Positions 11,201-19,433 of a stretch of DNA of 64,000 nucleotides are shown in pieces (the stretch's first letter is position 1; each line of letters opens with the position of its first letter). The DNA is from Pseudomonadota bacterium (GTDB taxonomy: Bacteria > Myxococcota > JACRCW01 > JAFGSX01). Location of the stretch: the NCBI GenBank assembly GCA_043821645.1, contig JBDRCO010000023.1:32001-96000 (forward strand), written 5' to 3'. Under the pieces are notes generated by a model. It worked only from the letters and a program-made list of their open reading frames with translations. It was not told where the DNA came from and searched no databases. The position numbers were made by a program, and so were the translations under genes.

Positions 11201-14090
11201 CCCCACGACGGGCCTGCTCGGATGGTCCGCCAACGAGGTTGCCTTTCGCCGCCCCAGCACATCCCTCACGGGCGCGGTCACGGTACGGGTGACCAACCAG
11301 GACGGTGAATCAGATAGCACCCTGTTCGCGTGCGGTGACTCCGAGGTCAGCACCGACTACGACGGCGACAATATCCCCAACGCCTTCGACAACTGCCCAT
11401 ACGTGTACAATCCCATTCAGGAAGACGAAGACGGCGACCGCGTCGGCGACCACTGCGACAACTGCATCTTCGACTACAACCCGGACCAGTTCCTGGTGTG
11501 CAGTTTCCTCAGGCCGGAGACAGGGACACGCGGTGGAGCGTGCCTGCCAGACAGCACCTGCCTGGGCGGCCTGCAATGCCTGCAGCGGGATGGTCATGGC
11601 GGTGAAGGGTTCACCGTGGGCGACCCCATCTGCCACCAGCCCTGCCAGGTTGACAGTGAGTGCACGCAGGCGGGATTCACGAAGTGCGGGGTGCCCTCGC
11701 GCGAGGTCTTCTTAGCCCAGGTCGATCCCGATTACTATGCGCCCTATCCGACCCAGGTCTGCATGCGCCAGGCTGCACGTTTCGAAGAATGCTCCTGGGA
11801 TCTGGCACGCTGTGCAGACGGGTTGGTGTGCCTGCCCTCGCAGGTCCCGGCCGGGGACCAGAACGCCATCACGGACAAGGTCTTTCATTGCCAGAAGACC
11901 TGCGGCTACAGAGGGTCCTCGACCAGTCCGACCCAGGACGCCGGCGTGGATCCCGGTGATGCGAGTCCCAGTCCCGACGCTGGAGCCCCACCCGAGTGTG
12001 GCAACGAGCAATGCCTGGCCAACATCGCCGGGATGATGGAGCGACAGCCCGGCAATCCGACCTGCTACCCTCAGCAGTGCCCTGGGCCTTTCTGCTCGTG
12101 CGCTCCGGGTTTCGATTGCGTGGACACCGAAGGTGACCAGCAGGCCTACTGCATGCGCTTCCTCGGCGTGTGCGGTACCGCGGTCACACAGATCGCGGCC
12201 ATCGACCAGCTGGCCAGCGCGCCTGCCTCGACACAATGTGATGCCACGACGGGGCACCTGTGCGTGCAGGATGAGAACTACCCCTGGGTCGCGTGCTACC
12301 CCGACGCTGTCGATCAGCCCTGGCGTGGTCACTGTGCAGCTCTCTGCTCCTGGCCCTCTCCATACGGCTACCCGTTCTTCGAGAACGCGTGTGCGCAGAA
12401 CATGAGCTGCAGCACTGCCTTCACCGAGGTTGCGGACTACAACGTACCTGGCTACCAGGGAACCTCCTGCCGCGAAGACGCGGACTGCCCGAGCTCCATG
12501 CGTTGCACCCAGTTCGCCCGCAGCCGCGTGTGCACCTATGGCGCGGGCTTCTGCTCATCCCTCACGCCCGACGCCGGTGTCGGAGATGCCTCGATCGTCC
12601 CGGATTCCGCGGTCGAACTCGATGCGGGCAGCCACGACGCCATCCCCCCCACCGTCTGCGGCGACTGGCGCGTGGACAGCCCGGCCGAGACCTGCGACTT
12701 CGGTGGCGAAATCGTGGGTGCGTGCAGCCGCGTGAACTCCGGGCTCACCGGCCGCGCCTTCTGCTACAACTGCCTGTACCTCGACAAGAGTGGCTGCCAG
12801 GGCGAGGAGATCGATGGCGGCACGGTGGCCTACTGCGGTAACTACACCACCGAGTATGGCGAGGCCTGCGACTTTGGCCCTGGTTCCGAGTTCCAGCACA
12901 CCATCGCCTGCAGTGCCCTGGGAACGGGCTACACCAGCGGAACGGCCTGGTGCTACGGCTGCACCTCTCTGGATATCTCGGACTGCTCGGGAGGTGGCCT
13001 CGGCGATGCAGGCACTCGCATCGAGGGCGGGGTCTCCACCTGCGGTAACTCGACCAAGGAACCCTGGGAGGCCTGCGACTTCGGCTCCGGCTCCGAGCCC
13101 ATGCGCGCGTGCGCGGATCTCGGCCTCGGCTACACGAGTGGTACCGCGTGGTGCTGGAGCAACTGCACCAACCTGGACACCTCCGGTTGTTCGGGAGGCA
13201 CCCACCTCGACGCTGGAATCGGCGGGGACGCCAGTGTGGAACCGGTGTGCGGACTCGGTTCGTACTGCCAGGACTGGAGTGATTGCTCTGTGTGCGGGCT
13301 CACCTGCTCGGCCAACTCCTGTGTCCCGACCAGCTGCAATGGCGATGGCTGGGAATCCAACGATATGTACCAGGAGGCCTCTTACCTCGACGGCCCGGTG
13401 TCCGGGCTCACCCTCTGCACGGGGGACCAGGACTGGTTCTACACCACGGCCAGCACCACGTTCCTGGAGGATGGCAACACGATACAGCTGGAGATGATGC
13501 ATCTGCCGACCGTTCCCCCACCCACGGCCAGCGCCTATTACTTTGTTCCCGGAATCGGGGTGCAGCCTATCGCGTGGACCAACCAGGTCACCATCGCGCC
13601 GGGGCTCACCCGCTGGTGGTCCGAGGTGTCCGCGGTGGGCGACTACTTCGTGCAGTACCAGCCGGCCTCAGGAATGCAGCACTGGTACTCCCTGGAAATC
13701 TGGCAGGGGAACCCGGCCGTCTGTACACCGGACTACTACGAGGAAAACGACTCGGCTGCGGATCCCGGTTACATGGATACGGGCTTCGTCGTTGGTGGTC
13801 TGACCGTGTGCAACAACGACGAGGATTACTACGGCCCCTTCTGGCTCGTCGCTGGCCAGCGCATCCAGGTACAGCTGGCCTTCATCAGTGCCCTCGGCGA
13901 CGTCGACATCGAATTGCTGCAGGACCTCCCGGACACCTATCCCGCGGTCACCCAGTCCACAGGGGTCAGCAACACCGAGTTCATGCAGTACACGGCATCC
14001 TCGGCGATGGGTTACTTCGTCCGCGTGTACCTGGCGAGCGGAACGGCCAACCGGTACACGATTCAGATCGACCTGGACCCGGCACCCTGA
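8244..14090 (+). CDS. Giant surface lipoprotein (~1950 aa): IPT/TIG repeats, TSP3-like Ca-binding motifs, Cys-rich repeats, PPC-like domains
   Basis: Lipobox LASC; about 6 IPT/TIG units (P..GP..GGT.VTI.G..F); DYDGDNIPNAFDNCP...DEDGDRVGDHCDNC; three CG(N/D)...E.CDFG repeats. Start could be 8220, 8238 or 8244. Confidence 0.82.
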   Translation: MNKFFQFTCCSLLIAGLASCGGGSRFELVFPAELKLGELKPAQKKLLRATLEVVGLPGGESAMELSETGDGFSAAGYFELNITEETQGTLTVRLYGRMAEDGAEVLLVRLAQPVTLKSGTHNSISIDKPFISDGSRVFDANRNGQSNLKDMLAAIDPGPPAPYVAIAPDNLQFFSGIRLGDFERRIVLVQNLTEDVVEFSAELFDAPGVLLDRVNRSGEAQREGARRKLEGPEFKLPPRGAGVFAVSFAPLNTFLSWGAVNVTVRNTRTNVVQPQLVTIIANSGGALQPELPGYAPPALLPTADLGGFPPDRVALYPADRLFDGREFLESTGQVSSLDRTGQTLRWGDAPDQQLSADRVFLVEIPARHRFSATLTNLRSDVDLAVVQLGTDDGIPASATAQHSRTIGPEAVSLPKSEDARRVLVVLTRADASDNDAELDRSAPFTLSTHVVSGPEFDEDAPIDDTNPETPELDTTGPLAGGIRVVLRGRGFETGARVTFANVPALDVEVTASGTEVHCTLPPGSLELGRNPATVVVANPTSGVEGYGQAATLPEGFTYLPPAPVITQITPLQGPATGGTPVTIKGAFFSERLSGPDVFFGDVRATNVQFVSPAELSVETPALASGSGAVPVVVTNRLSDTSTASSNAVTFTYAAISGPAPTLLSIAPSSGSVDGNTRVVLNGSNFLNGSTVRFGTRASSSVQVLSPTQIAAYSPPASAGTVDLAVINPDGQFVRLTAAFTYTVLPPLATGFYPARIARYAVGSGVANLVVVEGSNFRTDVRAELFSVAAPSMDGGAAVDAGSGTRLEVFVDRVSSSELWLRPPLDLATGYYRVRVYNSAGQESSPLGMLQIVDLGADSQPRPVASHVLPATAEYGVATPVVLYGASFRTPRVYIGRQAISGVTTESGGGSLSFTIPAQQQDGARLLRVVNADDQYAWLPFTVVRDNSLAIYGIQPAAGLCDEGGAVVVLSGQNFNNPTVHFAGARIPTTGLLGWSANEVAFRRPSTSLTGAVTVRVTNQDGESDSTLFACGDSEVSTDYDGDNIPNAFDNCPYVYNPIQEDEDGDRVGDHCDNCIFDYNPDQFLVCSFLRPETGTRGGACLPDSTCLGGLQCLQRDGHGGEGFTVGDPICHQPCQVDSECTQAGFTKCGVPSREVFLAQVDPDYYAPYPTQVCMRQAARFEECSWDLARCADGLVCLPSQVPAGDQNAITDKVFHCQKTCGYRGSSTSPTQDAGVDPGDASPSPDAGAPPECGNEQCLANIAGMMERQPGNPTCYPQQCPGPFCSCAPGFDCVDTEGDQQAYCMRFLGVCGTAVTQIAAIDQLASAPASTQCDATTGHLCVQDENYPWVACYPDAVDQPWRGHCAALCSWPSPYGYPFFENACAQNMSCSTAFTEVADYNVPGYQGTSCREDADCPSSMRCTQFARSRVCTYGAGFCSSLTPDAGVGDASIVPDSAVELDAGSHDAIPPTVCGDWRVDSPAETCDFGGEIVGACSRVNSGLTGRAFCYNCLYLDKSGCQGEEIDGGTVAYCGNYTTEYGEACDFGPGSEFQHTIACSALGTGYTSGTAWCYGCTSLDISDCSGGGLGDAGTRIEGGVSTCGNSTKEPWEACDFGSGSEPMRACADLGLGYTSGTAWCWSNCTNLDTSGCSGGTHLDAGIGGDASVEPVCGLGSYCQDWSDCSVCGLTCSANSCVPTSCNGDGWESNDMYQEASYLDGPVSGLTLCTGDQDWFYTTASTTFLEDGNTIQLEMMHLPTVPPPTASAYYFVPGIGVQPIAWTNQVTIAPGLTRWWSEVSAVGDYFVQYQPASGMQHWYSLEIWQGNPAVCTPDYYEENDSAADPGYMDTGFVVGGLTVCNNDEDYYGPFWLVAGQRIQVQLAFISALGDVDIELLQDLPDTYPAVTQSTGVSNTEFMQYTASSAMGYFVRVYLASGTANRYTIQIDLDPAP

Positions 14091-14170
14091 GCCAACCCGT
14101 CCCTCGTCGCACAAGCGCGTGTGCGCGGTCGAAGGGCGTTCGTGCACGCGCTGCGCTCCCGGAGGCATGC

Positions 14171-15199
14171 ATGCCTGCTCCACGTGGTCCGGCACTCTGG
14201 TTCACCCTGGCCCTCCTCCTTGCCGTGTCGTCCGCGGCAGGGGAACAGCCTGCCACCGGCAACCCGGGCACTGCCCAGCGCGCCCAGGCCCTGGCCAGCA
14301 CCTACCTGCAGCGCGTGCCGGCCGTCGACGACGCCACCAAGCTGCGCCTGGTGCACGAGGCCCAGGTGCAGCTCGAGCAGTGCGTGAAGATGCTTGATGC
14401 CTGTGTGGCCTCGGATCCAGCTCTGGCCAGCGTGGCCCTGGCCCCCGTCCCCGGTAGCAGCGCGACGAGCGTGGGGCAACTGCACGAATCTTGCCGCGCC
14501 ATGCTCGCAACTCTGGCATCCGCGACGCCCGCACCCCCGGTTCCGGAAACCACCCAACCGGCCCCCGCGGAGCCTCCTGCCACCGCCTCGCCCGAGCCGA
14601 TCGCGACCCCGGCGGCAAGCCCCGCCGAGTCCCTGAGCCCGGTGCAGCGCCTGGACCGCGCGGCCGAGCTGTTCTCGCACGGCAGCGACACCCTCAACGC
14701 GGGCATCTCGCGTATCAAGGCCAAGACGCCCTTTGCCGCCATCGAGGCCGATGACCTGCTGTTTACGGCCGAACGCGAACTGGCTCAGGTTCAGAGCGTG
14801 TTCGACGAGGTCCTGACCGCCGAGCCCGAGCTGAAGAGTCACATGGTCGCGGACGGCGACAACCGCCTCAAGGCCGGCCTCATGCAGTCGAGCACCAAGA
14901 TCCGGCTCGAGCGAGCCACCCAGAAGCGTGGTCAGCTCAAGCCCAGGCTCAAGAAGGATCAGGTCGCCTGGACCGCGGCCTTCAAGAAGGCGATCAAGGG
15001 CGCGCGCCTGCAAGCCTTCAAGCAGCACGGCGTACCCGCGGACTTTGACGGCAATGCCCCCGAGATGACGCCAGCAGAGAAACTCAAGGAGATACCTGGC
15101 GCCGCACGCTGGCGCTACCTCAAGGACGGCTGCACCACCGAGTTTCTCTTCGACGGTTCCCAGCTCAAGGAGATCCGCAAGCAGCCCGCGGACTGCTGA
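14171..15199 (+). CDS. Secreted hypothetical protein
   Basis: GGAGG RBS at 14161; signal peptide MPAPRGPALWFTLALLLAVSSAA; Pro/Ala linker between helical domains. Confidence 0.75.
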   Translation: MPAPRGPALWFTLALLLAVSSAAGEQPATGNPGTAQRAQALASTYLQRVPAVDDATKLRLVHEAQVQLEQCVKMLDACVASDPALASVALAPVPGSSATSVGQLHESCRAMLATLASATPAPPVPETTQPAPAEPPATASPEPIATPAASPAESLSPVQRLDRAAELFSHGSDTLNAGISRIKAKTPFAAIEADDLLFTAERELAQVQSVFDEVLTAEPELKSHMVADGDNRLKAGLMQSSTKIRLERATQKRGQLKPRLKKDQVAWTAAFKKAIKGARLQAFKQHGVPADFDGNAPEMTPAEKLKEIPGAARWRYLKDGCTTEFLFDGSQLKEIRKQPADC

Positions 15200-15350
15200 T
15201 CGCTCGGTTTCCCGTCGCTATTCCAGGTTCGCCACCCCATGCCAGATCGTGGTGCTTCGCCCTGTTGTGGGGGCCCAGGCAACACTTTTTTACGGGCTCG
15301 CGAGGACAAGAAGCGTCGCCGGTGAAGGATGGCTCCACGAAGGGCTCGAA

Positions 15351-18050
15351 TCAACGCGATCCTGTATCACCTGTCGTCCCGGGCTCACAGTCCACGGCAA
15401 ACAGAGTCTGCAACTTGCGCAGGCTGTGCACGGTGACGTCTTCACCCAGGATGGAACGCCAGGCCTCGTGGGGCCGCACGGTACCCTCGACGGGCGATCG
15501 CAGGGTGTAAAATAGTCGCGCTCCCACGAGCTCGACAGCCACCAGCAAGGTCTTCAGGTCGACCTGGCTGATGCGGCCCTTGCGCTCGCGCTGCACGGGC
15601 CAGCTGTCCGCAGCGCCGAAGCGCTCCAGGCTCTGCCGCACGGTCTCGAGATCCCCCTCGACGACAGCCTGGTAGCGCGCGCCACCCAGGATCTCACCCA
15701 GGCCAGGCGCCTCCGGAGGCAGGGCCAGGCCGTCCTTGAGCACGATGCCGCTGGGCAGCTGTGCCTGCAGAAGCTGCAGGGCCAGGTTCACGTCGACCCG
15801 GAAGCACAGGTCGACGTCGATGAGCTCGTCGTCGCTGATCATGCCCACGGGTAGGGCCAGCGGCATGGACATACGCGGGCGCGCGCTGAAGCCACCCGAG
15901 AAGGCGACGGGCAGCCGGGATCGGGCAAGGGCACGCTGCCAGGTCGACATCAGTTCGAGGTGGGACAGGTGCACGGCCGGGGGCTGCTTGGCGAAGCGCA
16001 GGCGCAGTCGCTGCACCCTGTCGTCCCCCGGACGCTGGGCGTCCTTGAGCGGACCCTCCGGTTCGAGCTCGGGCTCGACCCCGGTCGCCGCCTCCGGTGA
16101 CGACGGAGAAGCCTGGGGCGGAGGAAGCTGAAAATCACGGTTGCTGCGGTGGTGCAGCGGGTGCTCGACCCGCTGTACGGGCGTATCCACCGCGGGCCAG
16201 TACGCGATCACACGCTGCTGCTCGAAGTCGCAGGCGCCACAGGCCCGGCAGCGATCCCCCACGCAGTCTGCCCGCGCCAGGGCCGCGTACGCATCGCGCC
16301 GCTCGCGCAGCAGGAACTTGCGCAGCACACCCACGTCGACGAGGTCCCAGGGCAAGGGGGCATCGAGGTCCCGGGGCCCAAGGTAGTCGTCGACGGACAG
16401 GCCCTGTCTGGCCAGAGCATCGAGGTGACGGCTGGCGTCGAAGTGCTCCGTCCATCCGTCCAGGTATGCGCCGGCCGCCACGGCGTCCTCGAGCACCTCT
16501 GCCAGGCGCCGGTCTCCGCGCGCATACACACCCTCGACGGTGCTCATGGCCACGTCATGCCAGCGAAGCTCGAAGCGTCCTCGGCCAAGGGCTTGCCGCA
16601 GCAGCCCCTGCTTGCGCACGACCTCGTCGGGGCCGACCTGGGCCTCCCACTGGAAGGGCGTGTGCGGCTTGGGCACGAAGGTCGACACCGAGACCGCCAC
16701 CGCGGCCCGACGGTTGAGCGCGCGCGCCTCACGCAGGGCACGCTGGGCAAGGTCCACGATGGCCAGCACGTCGTCGTCCGTCTCGGTTGGCAACCCGATC
16801 ATGAAGTACAGTTTGACTCGCCTGGCGCCTGCACCGATGGCTGCCCGCACCGAGCGCAGCAGATCGTCCTCGCTGTTGTTCTTGGCGATGACGGCGCGCA
16901 GCCTGTCGGTGGCAGCCTCGGGTGCCAGCGTGAACCCACTGGCGCGATGCCGCCCGAGCTGGCGGGCCAGCTCCGGGGTCAAGGTCTCGCTGCGTAGCGA
17001 CGGAACCGACAGCGACACCCGCCTGGCATCGAGCTCGCTCGCCAGCTCGCCGAGCAAGGGCGCGATCATCGGATAGTCCCCCGCCGACAGCGAGAGCAGA
17101 CCTGCATCGTCGGCGCCCAGGCTTTGCACCGTCTGCAGCAGGGCGCGCTTGACCGTACCGGGATCCCGCTGGCGTGTGGGCCGCGAGATCATGCCCGCCT
17201 GGCAAAAGCGACAGCCTCGCGTGCAGCCACGCTGGATTTCGACCGCGGCGCGATCGTGCACGGGCTTGAGGTGGGGGACGATCCAGCGCTCGGGAGTCGG
17301 CACCGCTTCCAGGTCCGGCACCTTGCGCGCACGGACCACCTGCACGCCAGGTTCCTCGACGTCAAAGCCCTGAAAACGGCCCTCGAAAAAGCGCGGATGG
17401 TGGCGATCCGGAAGCAGCACACCCTCGATCTGGGCCAGGGCGCTCAGCCTGTCCCGTCGGGAACGACCCCGCTGGTCGAGCAGGACGCGCGCGATCTCCT
17501 GCACCGCGAGGTCGGCTTCACCCACGAACACCGCGTCGAGAAAGGGTGCCAGGGGTTCCGGATTGCACAGCGCCGGACCACCGCCGAGCACGATGGGATC
17601 GCCATCGCTCCGCGCCCGGGCACGAACCGGGACCTTGCCGAGCTGCAGCATGCGCAGGACCGCGGCGTAGGCCAGCTCGTGGTTGATGCTGAAACCGACG
17701 ACATCGAAGGCGTGCAGGGGCGTGCGTGCTTCCAGGCCGAACAGCGGCAGACCATCCCGTTCGAGCAGGGCTGCAAAGTCTGGCCACGGCGCGTACACCC
17801 GCTCGGCCTGCACCCCGTCCAGCCTGTTGAATCCGTCGTAGAGGATCTTGAGGCCCAGGTGACTCTCGGCGACCTCGTACACGTCGGGGAAGCACAGCGC
17901 CACGCGAAGCTGCACGCTGGCCGGGCTCTTGACCACGGCGCCAACCTCGCCACCGATGTAGCGAGCGGCCTTTTGCACGTGAGCCAGCAGGGGCTCGATG
18001 TCGACGGGCTGGTTCAAGGGGCTCCTCGGGTTGTCGAAGGTCAGTAGCAC
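15351..18050 (-). CDS. Radical SAM protein (TIGR03960-like) fused to a radical-SAM-linked domain (TIGR03936/DUF2344-like)
   Basis: ARYIGGE, FPDVYEVAESHLG and CTRGCRFC (CxxxCxxC). C-terminal LRLRFAK...HLSHLELM...PVAFSGGFSARPRMS...ALPVG. Confidence 0.9.
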   Translation of the reverse strand: MLLTFDNPRSPLNQPVDIEPLLAHVQKAARYIGGEVGAVVKSPASVQLRVALCFPDVYEVAESHLGLKILYDGFNRLDGVQAERVYAPWPDFAALLERDGLPLFGLEARTPLHAFDVVGFSINHELAYAAVLRMLQLGKVPVRARARSDGDPIVLGGGPALCNPEPLAPFLDAVFVGEADLAVQEIARVLLDQRGRSRRDRLSALAQIEGVLLPDRHHPRFFEGRFQGFDVEEPGVQVVRARKVPDLEAVPTPERWIVPHLKPVHDRAAVEIQRGCTRGCRFCQAGMISRPTRQRDPGTVKRALLQTVQSLGADDAGLLSLSAGDYPMIAPLLGELASELDARRVSLSVPSLRSETLTPELARQLGRHRASGFTLAPEAATDRLRAVIAKNNSEDDLLRSVRAAIGAGARRVKLYFMIGLPTETDDDVLAIVDLAQRALREARALNRRAAVAVSVSTFVPKPHTPFQWEAQVGPDEVVRKQGLLRQALGRGRFELRWHDVAMSTVEGVYARGDRRLAEVLEDAVAAGAYLDGWTEHFDASRHLDALARQGLSVDDYLGPRDLDAPLPWDLVDVGVLRKFLLRERRDAYAALARADCVGDRCRACGACDFEQQRVIAYWPAVDTPVQRVEHPLHHRSNRDFQLPPPQASPSSPEAATGVEPELEPEGPLKDAQRPGDDRVQRLRLRFAKQPPAVHLSHLELMSTWQRALARSRLPVAFSGGFSARPRMSMPLALPVGMISDDELIDVDLCFRVDVNLALQLLQAQLPSGIVLKDGLALPPEAPGLGEILGGARYQAVVEGDLETVRQSLERFGAADSWPVQRERKGRISQVDLKTLLVAVELVGARLFYTLRSPVEGTVRPHEAWRSILGEDVTVHSLRKLQTLFAVDCEPGTTGDTGSR

Positions 18051-18164
18051 GCGGGTACAAGGCCGAGAAGGCGGCAGTGGAGAACGAATCCTTTTTTTTG
18101 GCCACGGCTCCTACCTGTCAGGCACCACATAGACCGAGGCTGTGGCCTCGATGGGAGAAACGCC

Positions 18165-18605
18165 ATGTCCAGCAAGCCAGAACTCATCATCAGCTTCCCG
18201 GGAAACAAGCGCGTGGATGCCCTGTTCAATGGCCACCTGATCCGTACCGACCAGAGCAAGCTGGGAGGCGGGGACAGCAGTGCGCCAGAGCCCTATGCCC
18301 TGTTCCTGTCGTCCATAGGCACTTGTGCGGGAATCTACGTGCTGGGCTTCCTGCAGGCTCGCGGCCTGCCCACCGAGGGTGTGCAGCTCAAGCAGCGCCT
18401 CGATTTTGACCCCGTGACCCGCGTGCTGAGCCGGGTCGAGCTGGACATCGAACTGCCACAGACCATTCCGGCCAAGTACCACGACGCCATCGTGCGCTCG
18501 GCGGACATGTGCGCGGTCAAGAAGGCCATCCAGGCCCAGCCCGAGTTCGATGTGCATGTGACCGTGACGGATCAGGTGACCGCTCAGCTCGGCGCCGTGG
18601 CCTGA
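18165..18605 (+). CDS. OsmC-family protein
   Basis: TDQ..GG..SAPEPYALFLSSIGTCAG and a second Cys in ADMCAVKK; GGGAG RBS. Confidence 0.88.
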   Translation: MSSKPELIISFPGNKRVDALFNGHLIRTDQSKLGGGDSSAPEPYALFLSSIGTCAGIYVLGFLQARGLPTEGVQLKQRLDFDPVTRVLSRVELDIELPQTIPAKYHDAIVRSADMCAVKKAIQAQPEFDVHVTVTDQVTAQLGAVA

Positions 18606-18704
18606 ACCGGAATCCAGCACCCTTTCTTCCGTCGCCTGCTGTTCCCCCTCGTTGTCCCCAGCCACCTCAATCTCGACGGCACGTGTCTTGCTTTTCTCGA
18701 CGCT

Positions 18705-19430
18705 ATGATCTCGTCGAGCGAACAGTGTCGCGATGGCTCCCCACACCGTGCTGGCTGGCCGGATCCTGCCGGAGGACCGCGCGAGGCCCTGTGGATGCGC
18801 GGCGCCGGCACCCTGGGTGACGACGAGCTGCTCGCCATCTTGCTGGGCACGGGCCGTACCGGCGCCAGTGCGCTCGACCTGGCGCGCGAGATCCTCGGGC
18901 ATCGCCGGGTCGACGCTCTGCTCCAGCTCGCCCCTGCGCAGCTGGCGCGCCTCTCTGGCGTGGGCAAGGCCAAGGCCGCGCGCGTGCTGGCTGCCATCGA
19001 GCTGGGCCGACGCGCCCTGAGCGCACCTCTGCAACGTGGTGTGGTCCTCGACGGACCAGCCAGGGTCGCGGCCATCTACGGTCCACGCCTGGGCGGCCTC
19101 GACGAGCACTTCGTGGTGCTGCACCTGGACGCGCGCCACCGCCTGCTGGGTGAAGTGGTGGCAGCCCGGGGTGGGGCCGATCGCTGCCCGGTCCCGGTGC
19201 GCGAGATCCTGACCCACGCCCTCGCAGCTGGCGCCTCGGCCCTGCTGTGCGTGCACAACCATCCATCGGGCGATGCCGAGCCCTCACCCGAGGACATCGC
19301 GCTGACGCGCCGTCTTGCACAGGCCACACAGCTCGTCGGGTTGGTCTTGCTCGACCACGTGATCGTGGCGGGACCCCGACATGTTTCGCTTCGCGAGCGC
19401 GGCGTGCTCGACGACAGCGTGCCGAGGTGA
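18705..19430 (+). CDS. radC: RadC / JAB-domain protein (UPF0758)
   Basis: PRE...ELLAILLGTG, HhH-like GVGKAKA, and JAMM motif HNHPSGDAEPSPED...LDHVIV. Start uncertain. Confidence 0.9.
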   Translation: MISSSEQCRDGSPHRAGWPDPAGGPREALWMRGAGTLGDDELLAILLGTGRTGASALDLAREILGHRRVDALLQLAPAQLARLSGVGKAKAARVLAAIELGRRALSAPLQRGVVLDGPARVAAIYGPRLGGLDEHFVVLHLDARHRLLGEVVAARGGADRCPVPVREILTHALAAGASALLCVHNHPSGDAEPSPEDIALTRRLAQATQLVGLVLLDHVIVAGPRHVSLRERGVLDDSVPR

Positions 19431-19433
19431 GGT

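Noticed and set aside
15351-18050. Radical SAM as a RiPP maturase
   Set aside because: It matches the widespread TIGR03960-like housekeeping family, with no SPASM/RRE features and no precursor peptide nearby.
18705-19430. RadC/JAB as a marker of a mobile element or CBASS-type defence system
   Set aside because: It is the full-length chromosomal type with the HhH region, and no E1/E2, cyclase or mobility genes are nearby.
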